Source: Eledone cirrhosa
Lineage: Eukaryota
Length of the DNA: 64,000 nucleotides
Direction: 5' to 3'
Assembly (NCBI GenBank): GCA_964016885.1
Contig: OZ024745.1
Span: 8,866,001-8,930,000 of the forward strand
Part shown: in pieces, positions 26,860 to 40,600 of the stretch
Layout: the number at the start of each line of letters is the position of its first letter
Numbering within the stretch: position 1 is the first letter of the stretch
The notes under the pieces: model-generated
Databases searched by the model: none
Seen by the model: only the letters and a program-made list of their open reading frames with translations
What the model was told of the DNA's origin: nothing
Translations under genes and position numbers: made by a program

Positions 26860-27235
26860 TTTCGCGTGGTTATGTATTACAAAAGAATCAGTGGTCGATA
26901 TGTAAACATAGAGGGAACATATATGTATTGATGTATGGTATTAGTCGCATACTCATAAATACTAGCTCTGATAATAGAGAATAACTGTCCTAAAATATCT
27001 ACGAAAGGAAATATTTTGAATGTGTGCGACTAATACCATGTATTAAAACATATACTTACATGTACAGATACATTACATGAACTACATAAAACAATCGCCT
27101 GCAAGGTGGTGTTTCTCCTATTAGGTATAAGAATGGTTTCTGATTTAAGCACAAGACCAACAATTTTGGATGGAAAGGAAAGTCGATTAAATCGACCCGA
27201 GTGTATTAATAACATAATTTTTTTAGTTTGATTAC

Positions 27236-27301
27236 CTTTTAATTTCTCTTCCATAACAAGACTTGTTCCGCGTTCCTCTTGTATCAATGTTGTATACTCA
27301 G
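27236..27301 (-). CDS. SKOR1: SKOR coding exon 7 (coiled coil)
   Basis: gcag/gtaatc, 66 nt, phase 1-1, AEYTTLIQEERGTSLVMEEKLK, resembling the vertebrate SKOR segment DTLCNELDQERKARYAIQQKLK (recalled). Confidence 0.75.
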
Positions 27302-27423
27302 CTGCAATTAAATCGTACTTACAAATTGAAATATCATATCTCACTATAATTAGTCTCCTATTATTAACACAAAATAGTAATCAACGAATAAATAAATCAC
27401 TATTATCATTATCATTATTATTA

Positions 27424-27650
27424 TGGCGGTGGATTGACAGCAATCGGTAGAGCGTCGAACAACATGATTTGCGGCATATTGTCATGTCCTTTTACGTTCT
27501 GAGTTCAAATCCCGCTGAGGTTAGCTTTGCCTTTCATCCTTACAGGGTCGATAAAATAAAGTAACCAACTGGGATCGATTTAATTGACTTTCACCAGCCC
27601 CCCTCCCCCCAATTGTTGGCCTTGTGCCTAAATCAGAAACCATTATTATT
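27424..27650 (+). mobile_element. SINE family A copy
   Basis: Head tggcggtggattgacagcaatcggtagagcg, B-box and full body. Confidence 0.82.
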
Positions 27651-28174
27651 ATCGTGAAATTGGAGAGTAGGTGGCTGAGCATACCAGAGACATGTGCATT
27701 CAGAAATATAGTTGTTAGGCAGATTCAACGTGAATCTTGTGACATAGCTGGCCGTTTGGATTACAGTTACAACTCACTCTCGGCAGTTGAGGGGACTGAA
27801 GCAACATGAAATAAAGAGTCTTGTTCAATAGTACAACTCGCTGCCCGAGCCAAGAATCGAACTAACAACCGAGAGTTGAAATCCCTCACCATTCAGTTAC
27901 GTCTGTGTGTGTATGACAGATTGTGTAGCAGACGATCAGCTTCACACCTATGTGGGGAAGTGTCAGTGTCTGTATGACAAAGTGTAGCAAACGATCAGCG
28001 ATTTATTAAAACATCGTTTATGTCATTCCTTTTAGTTTAGTTAACTACAAGATTCTCTTAAAACTTCTCAAGCTTTCTAAGTTTTCTAAATAATATAAGA
28101 GTGTATTTAAACGGACAACGTAGTAACAACTGGATTGCAACTTTAAATATGGTCAAATTATTAATCAGACTAAC

Positions 28175-28249
28175 CTTTAAAGTTTTCTGATTCTTTTATC
28201 ATTTTCTCTCTCAGTTCGCCTTGATTCATGTTTTGTTCTTCTAATGAAT
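28175..28249 (-). CDS. SKOR1: SKOR coding exon 6
   Basis: cttatag/gttagt, 75 nt, phase 1-1, DSLEEQNMNQGELREKMIKESENFK. Confidence 0.72.
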
Positions 28250-28444
28250 CTATAAGAGAAATACAGAGAAAGAAAAAGAAGGAATTAGAGACTCGAGTGT
28301 CAGTCGATGGAGATATAATATATACGACTCTGCTTCACGTGTGGAGGCAGTAGAAGTTTATTGTTATTTTCATATCTATGAATCTACAACTCAATACACA
28401 CACACATGCACGCGTACATGTAGGTATGTCCACACACACACACA

Positions 28445-28542
<98 letters not shown>

Positions 28543-28544
28543 GT

Positions 28545-28575
<31 letters not shown>

Positions 28576-28577
28576 AT

Positions 28578-28858
28578 AAGCCTAAAGTCTGTCTTAAGCC
28601 AGAAGGCTCATTTGGCCGGTGCTTATCCCGGTTTCATGGCGTAAAGCGACTGAGAGCACAAGACTCCCCCCTGGACAGGATGCCAGTCCATCGCAGGGTT
28701 AAACCCCCAGCTATTGCTGGTACTTATTTTCATCTGAGTATACTGGAGCAATGTGAAAGGAAGTGTTTCGCTCAAGAACACAACATGCAACCCAGGAATG
28801 GAACCCACGACATTATAACCGTATGTCCAACACCCTTACCTCTATTCTACGTGCCTCC
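28578..28858 (-). mobile_element. tRNA-derived SINE family B with a CORE-like cttgagcaagacact motif
   Basis: Reverse complement matches 50528-50730; related heads at 34951-35075 and 47744-47890. Confidence 0.75.
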
Positions 28859-28860
28859 AT

Positions 28861-28928
<68 letters not shown>

Positions 28929-28965
28929 GATGTGAGAAAAACCACAGGCCCTCCATCTCAACTCA

Positions 28966-29003
28966 CCTTTTGAAAAGCAGAAGAACTGCGAAACCGGTAA
29001 AGG
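28966..29003 (+). ncRNA. Degenerate minimal hammerhead motif
   Basis: cctt-TTGAAAA-gcag/ctgc-GAAA-ccgg-TA-aagg; all stems pair, with two core substitutions. Confidence 0.5.
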
Positions 29004-29137
29004 AACCAATAAATATATATATATATTTTTTTTTAAATAAGACTTCAGTTGCATTTTCGATTTCATCTCTTTTTCTTTATACTTCCACTCGTGTAGGACA
29101 CCTCGGTTATTTTTCATTTTGTAAAAAAAAACCTCAC

Positions 29138-29244
<107 letters not shown>

Positions 29245-29312
29245 TATATATATATATATATAGAAATGTCTTCTACAGGACTAGAACTGTTTCATTCGGA
29301 GGAAATCATCAG

Positions 29313-29363
29313 TGCTTTCTGATGATTTCCTCCGAATGAAACAGTTCTAGTCCTGTAGAAGCA
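29313..29363 (+). ncRNA. Type I hammerhead ribozyme motif within a 110-bp palindrome (29261-29370)
   Basis: tgcttt-CTGATGA-tttcctccgaat-GAAA-cag..ctg-TA-gaagca; intact core. Confidence 0.72.
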
Positions 29364-29445
29364 ATTTCTATATTAAATTACTTTTGCTCTGCTATGTATT
29401 GAGTACCTTACTTACTGTGGTTATGCCCGATTTAACCCGGGATCT

Positions 29446-29476
<31 letters not shown>

Positions 29477-29932
29477 GTAATAATAATAAATTTGAAGACT
29501 AAAATCCAAAGAGGGCTCGATAAGGATAAATATATATCAGATATATAAGAATCGTAGAGCAAATATTTATTAAAATAACAGATTAAAGTTTAAGCAAAGA
29601 ATCGCTGCTTTCACCCTTAACAGGATCTTCTGAAACTAGAGCGGTTTATTTTAATAAATATATATAACGAAGGAATTGTGGTAAGGAACAGATGGACCAT
29701 AACGCACCAAAGTACTCAATGCTTAGGGTAGTAGAGTGGGTAATAGGAACAAGTATGACCCCGACGGCAGAGCTCTGCCGTCGGGGCCATACTTGTTCCT
29801 ATATATATATATACTTTAATACGTCGCAACACTGATTCTCCGTTTCTTATGTGAGATCATACTCTGTCTGTAAGAGCATCGAGTGCTCAAAAGCCCTACC
29901 GCTTACAGACACTTTAAGCATCCCACACCAAA

Positions 29933-32900
29933 GTGAACAAAGAATAGTTTCTATAACACCAAATGTAGTGAACAGAATAGTTTCTATAACGTCAAGTGTA
30001 GTGAACAGAATAGTTTCTATAACACCAAATGTAGTGAACAGAATAGTTTCTATAACACCAAATGTAGTGAACAGAATAGTTTCTATAACGTCAAGTGTAG
30101 TGAACAGAATAGTTTCTATAACGTCAAATGTAGTGAACAGAATAGTTTCTATAACGTCAAATGTAGTGAACAGAATAGTTTCTATAACGTCAAGTGTAGT
30201 GAACAGAATCGTTTCTATAACACCAAATGTAGTGAACAGAATAGTTTCTATAACGTCAAGTGTAGTGAACAGAATAGTTTCTATAACGTCAAGTGTAGTG
30301 AACAGAATAGTTTCTATAACGTCAAATGTAGTGAACAGAATAGTTTCTATAACGTCAAGTGTAGTGAACAGAATAGTTTCTATAACACCAAATGTAGTGA
30401 ACAGAATAGTTTCTATAACGTCAAGTGTAGTGAACAGAATAGTTTCTATAACGTCAAGTGTAGTGAACAGAATAGTTTCTATAACGTCAAATGTAGTGAA
30501 CAGAATAGTTTCTATAACGTCAAGTGTAGTGAACAGAATAGTTTCTATAACACCAAATGTAGTGAACAGAATAGTTTCTATAACGTCAAGTGTAGTGAAC
30601 AGAATAGTTTCTATAACGTCAAATGTAGTGAACAGAATAGTTTCTATAACATCAAATGTAGTGAACAGAATAGTTTCTATAACACCAAATTTAGTGAACA
30701 GAATAGTTTCTATAACGTCAAATGTAGTGAACAGAATAGTTTCTATAACGTCAAATGTAGTGAACAGAATAGTTTCTATAACACCAAATGTAGTGAACAG
30801 AATAGTTTCTATAACGTCAAATGTAGTGAACAGAATAGTTTCTATAACACCAAATGTAGTGAACAGAATAGTTTCTATAACACCAAATGTAGTGAACAGA
30901 ATAGTTTCTATAACGTCAAATGTAGTGAACAGAATAGTTTCTATAACGTCAAGTGTAGTGAACAGAATAGTTTCTATAACACCAAATTTAGTGAACAGAA
31001 TAGTTTCTATAACGTCAAGTGTAGTGAACAGAATAGTTTCTATAACGTCAAATGTAGTGAACAGAATAGTTTCTATAACGTCAAATGTAGTGAACAGAAT
31101 AGTTTCTAAAACGTCAAATGTAGTGAACAGAATAGTTTCTATAACGTCAAGTGTAGTGAACAGAATAGTTTCTATAACGTCAAATGTAGTGAACAGAATA
31201 GTTTCTATAACACCAAATTTAGTGAACAGAATAGTTTCTATAACATCAAATGTAGTGAACAGAATAGTTTCTATAACACCAAATTTAGTGAACAGAATAG
31301 TTTCTATAACGTCAAATGTAGTGAACAGAATAGTTTCTATAACACCAAATGTAGTGAACAGAATAGTTTCTATAACACCAAATTTAGTGAACAGAATAGT
31401 TTCTATAACATCAAATGTAGTGAACAGAATAGTTTCTATAACACCAAATTTAGTGAACAGAATAGTTTCTATAACGTCAAATGTAGTGAACAGAATAGTT
31501 TCTATAACACCAAATGTAGTGAACAGAATAGTTTCTATAACACCAAATTTAGTGAACAGAATAGTTTCTATAACGTCAAGTGTAGTGAACAGAATAGTTT
31601 CTATAACGTCAAATGTAGTGAACAGAATAGTTTCTATAACACCAAATGTAGTGAACAGAATAGTTTCTATAACGTCAAATGTAGTGAACAGAATAGTTTC
31701 TATAACACCAAATTTAGTGAACAGAATAGTTTCTATAACGTCAAATGTAGTGAACAGAATAGTTTCTATAACACCAAATTTAGTGAACAGAATAGTTTCT
31801 ATAACGTCAAGTGTAGTGAACAGAATAGTTTCTATAACACTAAATTTAGTGAACAGAATAGTTTCTATAACGTCAAGTGTAGTGAACAGAATAGTTTCTA
31901 TAACGTCAAATTTAGTGAACAGAATAGTTTCTATAACGTCAAGTGTAGTGAACAGAATAGTTTCTATAACACCAAATTTAGTGAACAGAATAGTTTCTAT
32001 AACGTCAAATGTAGTGAACAGAATAGTTTCTATAACACCAAATTTAGTGAACAGAATAGTTTCTATAACGTCAAGTGTAGTGAACAGAATAGTTTCTATA
32101 ACGTCAAATGTAGTGAACAGAATAGTTTCTATAACGTCAAATGTAGTGAACAGAATAGTTTCTATAACACCAAATTTAGTGAACAGAATAGTTTCTATAA
32201 CTCCAAATTTAGTGAACAGAATAGTTTCTATAACACCAAATTTAGTGAACAGAATAGTTTCTATAACACCAAATGTAGTGAACAGAATAGTTTCTATAAC
32301 GTCGAATGTAGTGAACAGAATAGTTTCTATAACGTCAAATGTAGTGAACAGAATAGTTTCTAAAACGTCAAATGTAGTGAACAGAATAGTTTCTATAACG
32401 TCAAGTGTAGTGAACAGAATAGTTTCTATAACACCAAATGTAGTGAACAGAATAGTTTCTATAACGTCAAATGTAGTGAACAGAATAGTTTCTATAACGT
32501 CAAATGTAGTGAACAGAATAGTTTCTATAACGTCAAGTGTAGTGAACAGAATCGTTTCTATAACACCAAATGTAGTGAACAGAATAGTTTCTATAACGTC
32601 AAATGTAGTGAACAGAATAGTTTCTATAACGTCAAATGTAGTGAACAGAATAGTTTCTATAACGTCAAATGTAGTGAACAGAATAGTTTCTATAACGTCA
32701 AGTGTAGTGAACAGAATCGTTTCTATAACGTCAAGTGTAGTGAACAGAATCGTTTCTATAACGTCAAGTGTAGTGAACAGAATCGTTTCTATAACACCAA
32801 ATGTAGTGAACAGAATAGTTTCTATAACACCAAATGTAGTGAACAGAATAGTTTCTATAACGTCAAATGTAGTGAACAGAATAGTTTCTATAACGTCAAA

Positions 32901-34484
32901 TGTAGTGAACAGAATAGTTTCTATAACGTCAAGTGTAGTGAACAGAATAGTTTCTATAACGTCAAATGTAGTGAACAGAATAGTTTCTATAACGTCAAGT
33001 GTAGTGAACAGAATCGTTTCTATAACGTCAAGTGTAGTGAACATAATCGTTTCTATAACGTCAAGTGTAGTGAACAGAATCGTTTCTATAACACCAAATG
33101 TAGTGAACAGAATAGTTTCTATAACGTCAAATGTAGTGAACAGAATAGTTTCTATAACGTCAAATGTAGTGAACAGAATAGTTTCTATAACGTCAAGTGT
33201 AGTGAACAGAATCGTTTCTATAACACCAAATGTAGTGAACAGAATAGTTTCTATAACACCAAATGTAGTGAACAGAATAGTTTCTATAACGTCAAGTGTA
33301 GTGAACAGAATCGTTTCTATAACACCAAATATAGTGAACAGAATAGTTTCTATAACACCAAATGTAGTGAACAGAATAGTTTCTATAACGTTAAATGTAG
33401 TGAACAGAATAGTTTCTATAACACCAAGTGTAGTGAACAGAATCGTTTCTATAACACCAAATGTAGTGAACAGAATAGTTTCTATAACGTCAAATGTAGT
33501 GAACAGAATAGTTTCTATAACGTCAAGTGTAGTGAACAGAATCGTTTCTATAACACCAAATGTAGTGAACAGAATCGTTTCTATAACACCAAATGTAGTG
33601 AACAGAATAGTTTCTATAACACCAAATGTAGTGAACAGAATAGTTTCTATAACACCAAATGTAGTGAACAGAATAGTTTCTATAACGTCAAATGTAGTGA
33701 ACAGAATAGTTTCTATAACACCAAATGTAGTGAACAGAATAGTTTCTATAACGTCAAATGTAGTGAACAGAATAGTTTCTATAACACCAAATGTAGTGAA
33801 CAGAATAGTTTCTATAACACCAAATGTAGTGAACAGAATAGTTTCTATAACACCAAATGTAGTGAACAGAATAGTTTCTATAACGTCAAATGTAGTGAAC
33901 AGAATAGTTTCTATAACGTCAAATGTAGTGAACAGAATAGTTTCTATAACGTCAAATGTAGTGAACAGAATAGTTTCTATAACGTCAAATGTAGTGAACA
34001 GAATAGTTTCTATAACGTCAAATGTAGTGAACAGAATAGTTTCTATAACGTCAAATGTAGTGAACAGAATAGTTTCTATAACGTCAAGTGTAGTGAACAG
34101 AATCGTTTCTATAACACCAAATGTAGTGAACAGAATAGTTTCTATAACGTCAAGTGTAGTGAACAGAATCGTTTCTATAACACCAAATTTAGTGAACAGA
34201 ATCGTTTCTATAACACCAAATTTAGTGAACAGAATCGTTTCTATAACACCAAATGTAGTGAACAGAATCGTTTCTATAACACCAAATATAGTGAACAGAA
34301 TAGTTTCTATAACGTCAAATGTAGTGAACAGAATCGTTTCTATAACACCAAATTTAGTGAACAGAATCGTTTCTATAACACCAAATGTAGTGAACAGAAT
34401 AGTTTCTATAACACCAAATGTAGTGAACAGAATAGTTTCTATAACACCAAATGTAGTGAACAGAATCGTTTCTATAACGTCAAA
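29933..34484. repeat. 30-bp minisatellite array (about 150 units) in SKOR intron 5
   Basis: Unit gtagtgaacagaatagtttctataac(accaaat|gtcaaat|gtcaagt). Confidence 0.97.
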
Positions 34485-34629
34485 TCAATTTCACACTCAT
34501 GTGTGAACTCTTCAGAATGGAAATCAAATCACATTTAACTTATAAGGTCTTATTAGACCCTAACTGATTCTGAAAAAGGATTCATGTTTTACAGGCAAGA
34601 AAATGCTAAGATTATTTGTAACTACTTAC

Positions 34630-34704
34630 CTTGAATTTTTTTCTTGTCTTTTTCTGCTCTTTTTCGAAGTTTCTTGGCTTTAGTTAACATTTTTCTTAGG
34701 TTAT
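34630..34704 (-). CDS. SKOR1: SKOR coding exon 5
   Basis: ttttag/gtaagt, 75 nt, phase 1-1, DNLRKMLTKAKKLRKRAEKDKKKIQ, resembling the start of the SKOR coiled coil. Confidence 0.75.
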
Positions 34705-34851
34705 CTAAAACAAGGAATATATGAGATTTATTTGTTAAACACTTAACTAGTAAATTAATTTTAATTAAAATCAATGTAAATTTTCAAGTTTAAGAATAAA
34801 ACATAGATTGTTTTAGCATTCTATTAAGCACATATAAATACAGATACGAAT

Positions 34852-34931
<80 letters not shown>

Positions 34932-34950
34932 GTGATACATATATATATAC

Positions 34951-35075
34951 AGCGTGGCTGAGTGGTTAGAGAATTGGATTCGCAATCGTGAGATTGTGAG
35001 TTCGATTCCCGGACCGGGCGAATCGTTATGTCCTTGAGCAAAACACTTTATTTCACTTTGATCCTTCTACCTGGA
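34951..35075 (+). mobile_element. SINE family B 5' portion
   Basis: gcgtggctgagtggttaga...gagttcgattcccggacc...ccttgagcaaaacact. Confidence 0.7.
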
Positions 35076-35271
35076 GTTGCGACCGATATATGGTATTAGC
35101 AATTGGAAAGACCAATGGAAACACTGTTTCCTCGGTCCGATTTGCCGATCGGCTATCGATATATATATTAATTTATTATGGCTAAGTAATGGGTCTTGTT
35201 ACTCAGGGGTTTCACCTGCGCACTCCCAGGAGGTGAAACTCCAGAGTAACAAGACTCACTACTTAGCCATA

Positions 35272-35341
<70 letters not shown>

Positions 35342-36382
35342 TATAAAATACTGAGATACAAATTTAAATAACAGCTTAAATGATATAGAAAGTGAATGGT
35401 GGGTGGTGTTATTGTTTATCAGACAACTAATTGATGGGGCTTGATATCTGTTATTTCCATGTTCAAGACATTTTAAATTCACCTTTAATCAGGCAACACT
35501 GGTTGTATACCCCTGCCCCGCTACTAAACGTGTGATTAAGTTAATTAATCAATTCTTCTTACGAGAAAAGATATATCCGGGGGTGAGAGGTGGGTGTCTC
35601 TTAATAGAAACCGAAGACAACTCCAATAATTGTCACACAACTAATAACAATCATTTCTTTTTACGACTGAATTGTTAGAGCGGTTTAGTTGCGAGTCGAT
35701 GGCTCACTGACGTGCAATTGCAAGGTCATCATACTCGGGTCAATAAAATAAGTACCAGTCAAATAATTAGGTTGATTTAATCGATTATAATCTTCTCTGA
35801 TCAACTCTACAGAAACAAAATTTATGACTTTGTGCTATTGTTAGAAATCGATATAAACTACAGACATATAACATACATCTGATTAAAAATATCACATTAT
35901 ACTATTGTTAATAATTTATAGAAATTATATCAAATAACACAAGTGATATTAGTTTATCTATATCAATTGATATTGCTAATATCAATTTACACTCCAGTTA
36001 TCAATTAAAAAATAACCACCAGTATCAAGTATCAATTCTTATTATGTTACTTACCAATTGTTATCAGATTTCCATAATAGACATAAAGTCATAACATAGA
36101 TATTATTTTGATATATAGTTATTGATTTATTACACTCTCATTAAATTTCGACAGAGCTTTTAATTCAGATTTTCAGCTTCTTGCCTGGTTATCAATTAAG
36201 AAAGACGCGACAAAAGTTCATCGGGGCATCTAATCCCATGAGTATTTCACGTGGAATTAAAGTCGACTACATATCTAGCACCATGGTTATATATTATTTT
36301 ACACAATCGAATATCTTCCGAAAATATCTTACGACAAATATATTAATATACATTTTTTTGTCCATTTTATATTATGAATACG

Positions 36383-36530
36383 AGGCGGCGAATCGGCAGA
36401 GTCGTTTGAACGTCTGATAGAATACCTTGCGGTATTCATTCCGGCTTTCTGCGCTCTGAGTTCAAATCCCGCTGAGGTCAGCATTGCCTTTAATCTTTCA
36501 TTCTTTCGAGGTTGATAAAAAAATTACTAG
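36383..36530 (+). mobile_element. SINE family A copy (diverged)
   Basis: ctgagttcaaatcccgctgaggtcagc. Confidence 0.65.
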
Positions 36531-36838
36531 TTCAGTGGCGGGGGTCTATATCTCCCCCCCCCCCCCCCCCCCTCCTCTCTCATTTTCTGGAAGAAATCGG
36601 CTGTGTCCAGACCTGGCAAGAGGAAGGGCTCCGCTAAGTTTTAAATTCTTCTACAACTCCACCAGGAGTCACAGGTCCATGTATAATTACATTATAAATA
36701 CACACACATTACGACCAACTGAAAACAGCAATCAAAAGATCTCTAGCAGTAATAGATATGCAGGAGTCAATAAAGTGGTGGATATGTCACACCACAATGG
36801 CTAAAACCATTAAGAAGAAGAAGAAGAAGAAGAAGAAT

Positions 36839-36902
<64 letters not shown>

Positions 36903-36912
36903 AGTTGTTTAC

Positions 36913-36969
36913 CTATGGAAATCTGTTCAAGCTGAATATTTTCAGGAATCATCTTATCTAGTTCACCAT
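36913..36969 (-). CDS. SKOR1: SKOR coding exon 4
   Basis: tttctag/gtaaac, 57 nt, phase 1-1, DGELDKMIPENIQLEQISI. Confidence 0.62.
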
Positions 36970-37190
36970 CTAGAAACAATCAATTAAAATATATTTTTTT
37001 ATATTAAATCAATCAAAATATTTTTTCAATCTATTCCGTTTATTTTTAGCTTTATTTACTTCTATATTTCTTAAAACCAATTTTAAAGAAAAGATTTGCT
37101 TTCATTCAGACCTTTACTTTAGTTAAGTCTTCTGACTTGAATTACTCAGTAGTACTGTAACTGGGATCATTAACAGAAGCAACATATTCT

Positions 37191-39517
37191 AAACTGTTGA
37201 TACCAACCACCTCTGGTTCTATGGTACCAAACTTTTGATACCAACCACCTCTGGTTCTATGGTACCAAACTGTTGATACCAACCACCTCTGGTTCTATGG
37301 TACCAAACTGTTGATACCAACCACCTCTGGTTCTATGGTACCAAACTTTTGATACCAACCACCTCTGGTTCTATGGTACCAAACTTTTGATACCAACCAC
37401 CTCTCGTTCTATGGTACCAAACTGTTGATACCAATCACCCCTGGTTCTATGGTACCAAACTGTTGATACCAATCAACCCTGGTTCTATGGTACCAAACTG
37501 TTGATACCAATCACCCCTGGTTCTATGGTACCAAACTTTTGATAACAATCATCCCTGGTTCTATGGTACCAAACTGTTGATACCAATCACCCCTGGTTCT
37601 ATGGTACCAAACTGTTCATACCAATCAACCCTGGTTCTATGGTACCAAACTGTTGATACCAATCACCCCTGGTTCTATAGTACCAAACTGTTCATACCAA
37701 TCAACCCTGGTTCTATGGTACCAAACTGTTGATACCAATCAACCCTGGTTCTATGGTACCAAACTTTTGATACCAATCACCCCTGGTTCTATGGTACCAA
37801 ACTGTTGATACCAATCAACCCTGGTTCTATGGTACCAAACAGTTGATACCAATCACCCCTGGTTCTATGGTACCAAACTTTTGATAACAATCACCCCTGG
37901 TTCTATGGTACCAAACTGTTGATACCAACCACCTCTGGTTCTATGGTACCAAACTGTTGATACCAATCACCCCTGGTTCTATGGTACCAAACTGTTGATA
38001 CCAATCACCCCTGGTTCTATGGTACCAAACTGTTGATACCAATCACCCCTGGTTCTATGGTACCAAACTGTTGATACCAATCACCCCTGGTTCTATGGTA
38101 CCAAACTGTTGATACCAATCATCCCTGGTTCTATGGTACCAAACTGTTGATACCAATCACCCCTGGTTCTATGGTACCAAACTGTTGATACCAATCACCC
38201 CTGGTTATATGGTACCAAACTGTTGATACCAACCACCTCTGGTTCTATGGTACCAAACTGTTGATACCAACCACCCCTGGTTATATGGTACCAAACTGTT
38301 GATACCAACCACCTCTGGTTCTATGGTACCAAACTGTTGATACCAACCACCCCTGGTTCTATGGTACCAAACTGTTGATACCAACCACCCCTGGTTCTAT
38401 GGTACCAAACTGTTGATACCAACCACCCCTGGTTCTATGGTACAAAACTGTTGATACCAATCACCCCTGGTTCTATGGTACCAAACTTTTGATACCAACC
38501 ACCCCTGGTTCTATGGTACCAAACTGTTGATACCAACCACCCCTGGTTCTATGGTACCAAACTGTTGATACCAACCACCCCTGGTTCTATGGTACCAAAC
38601 TGTTGATACCAACCACCCCTGGTTCTATGGTACCAAACTGTTGATACCAATCAACCCTGGTTCTATGGTACCAAACTTTTGATACCAACCACCCCTGGTT
38701 CTATGATACCAAACTGTTGATACCAACCACCCCTGGTTCTATGGTTCCAAACTTTTGATACCAATCACCCCTGGTTCTATGGTACCAAACTGTTGATACC
38801 AACCACCCCTGGTTCTATGGTACCAAACTGTTGATACCAATCACCCCTGGTTCTATGGTACCAAACTGTTGATACCAATCATCCCTGGTTCTATGGTACC
38901 AAACTGTTGATACCAATCACCCCTGGTTCTATGGTACCAAACTGTTGATACCAATCACCCCTGGTTCTATGGTACAAAACTGTTGATACCAATCACCCCT
39001 GGTTCTATGGTACAAAACTGTTGATACCAACCACCCCTGGTTCTATGGTACCAAACTGTTGATACCAACTACCCCTGGTTCTATGGTACCAAACTGTTGA
39101 TACCAACCACCCCTGGTTCTATGGTACCAAACTGTTGATACCAACCACCCCTGGTTCTATGGTACCAAACTTTTGATACCAACCACCCCTGGTTCTATGG
39201 TACCAAACTGTTGATACCAATCACCCCTGGTTCTATGGTACCAAACTGTTGATACCAACCACCCCTGGTTCTATGGTACCAAACTTTTTGATACCAATCA
39301 CCCCTGGTTCTATGGTACCAAACTGTTGATACCAACCACCCCTGGTTCTATGGTACCAAACTGTTGATACCAACCACCCCTGGTTCTATGGTACCAAACT
39401 TTTGATACCAATCACCCCTGGTTCTATGGTACCAAACTGTTGATACCAACCACCCCTGGTTCTATGGTACCAAACTGTTGATACCAACCACCCCTGGTTC
39501 TATGGTACAAAACTGTT
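37191..39517. repeat. 38-bp minisatellite array (about 61 units) in SKOR intron 3
   Basis: Unit aaactgttgataccaaccacccctggttctatggtacc. Confidence 0.97.
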
Positions 39518-39564
39518 TATTTTAAAATGTTCATATTTATCTAAAATTCTTTCATTCTCATTTC

Positions 39565-40600
39565 ATGCATTGGACAAATGCGGCGTTTGTTTCGGCTCTT
39601 TACTTTCTGAGTTCGTGGTTATCTTTGTCTCTTCTCCTCCTTTTCTCCTCCTGAGGTTGATAAAATAAAGTACCAGTCAGGTACTGGGGTCGATGTAATT
39701 GACCCACCCTGCCAAAATTATCAACCATGATTATGGTGGAATACGAGTGGTGTGTTAGTATAATCATTTGAGCGTCGATCGAAATGCTTTGCGGCATTTA
39801 GTTACGGCCCTTTACGTTCTAATTTCAAATCTCGTTGAAGCCAATTTTGCCTTTCATCCTACCGAGGTCGTTCAAATAATGTACCAGTCACGTGCTGGGG
39901 TCGATTTAATTGGTCGATATATATATATATTTGTATATATATATATATATATATATATATTCTGGAGATATATTCTTATATATCTATATATATATAATAT
40001 ATGATCTGGAGGTATATTCTCATATATCCCGTATCTTCTGGAACTACCATGGAAACATTACACCCGATAGTCAATATGTTACTTACCCGAAAGCGACTCT
40101 TCATCTGTTGCCGGTTTGTTTGGCTACAATAGAAATATTAAGAATAGTTTTAATATCATGTTGATTAGCATTGTACATTGGTAAAATCGGTAGAGCTTCG
40201 GACAAAATGCTCTGCAGCATTTAGTTACGACTTTCTACATTCTGAGTTTAAATCCCTTCCGAAGTCAACTTTGTCTTTCATCCTCCCGGGGTCGATATAA
40301 TGAAGTACCAGTTATGTAAAGGGGTTTCTCCCTCTCCCAAATTGCTGGCCTTGTGCCAGTGTTAGAAAGAATATTATCGCGTTGGTAGATTCCAAGCCGT
40401 GCGATATTAAATCAAGATATAAGAAAAAAAAAGTGTGCGGCCTTTTACGTTCTGAGTTCAAATCCCGCCGAGGTTAGCGAAGCTTTTCGACCTCACGGAG
40501 TAGATAAAATAAAGTACCAGTAACGCACTGGGGTCGTTTTAATCGATTTTCCCCTCTCCCCAAATTGTTGGTCTTGTGCCTAAATCAGAAACCATTATTA
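39565..40600 (+). mobile_element. Cluster of about 4 SINE family A copies or fragments surrounding exon 3
   Basis: Repeated ttctgagttcaaatcc and gataaaataaagtaccag motifs at about 39605, 39815, 40240 and 40450. Confidence 0.7.
40087..40123 (-). CDS. SKOR1: SKOR coding micro-exon 3
   Basis: ttgtag/gtaagt, 37 nt, phase 0-1 (PNKPATDEESLS); supplies the phase change needed between exons 2 and 4. Confidence 0.62.

Noticed and set aside
29847-34506. 1551-aa and 1065-aa ORFs
   Set aside because: By-products of a stop-free 30-bp repeat; open on both strands, intronic, with no domain
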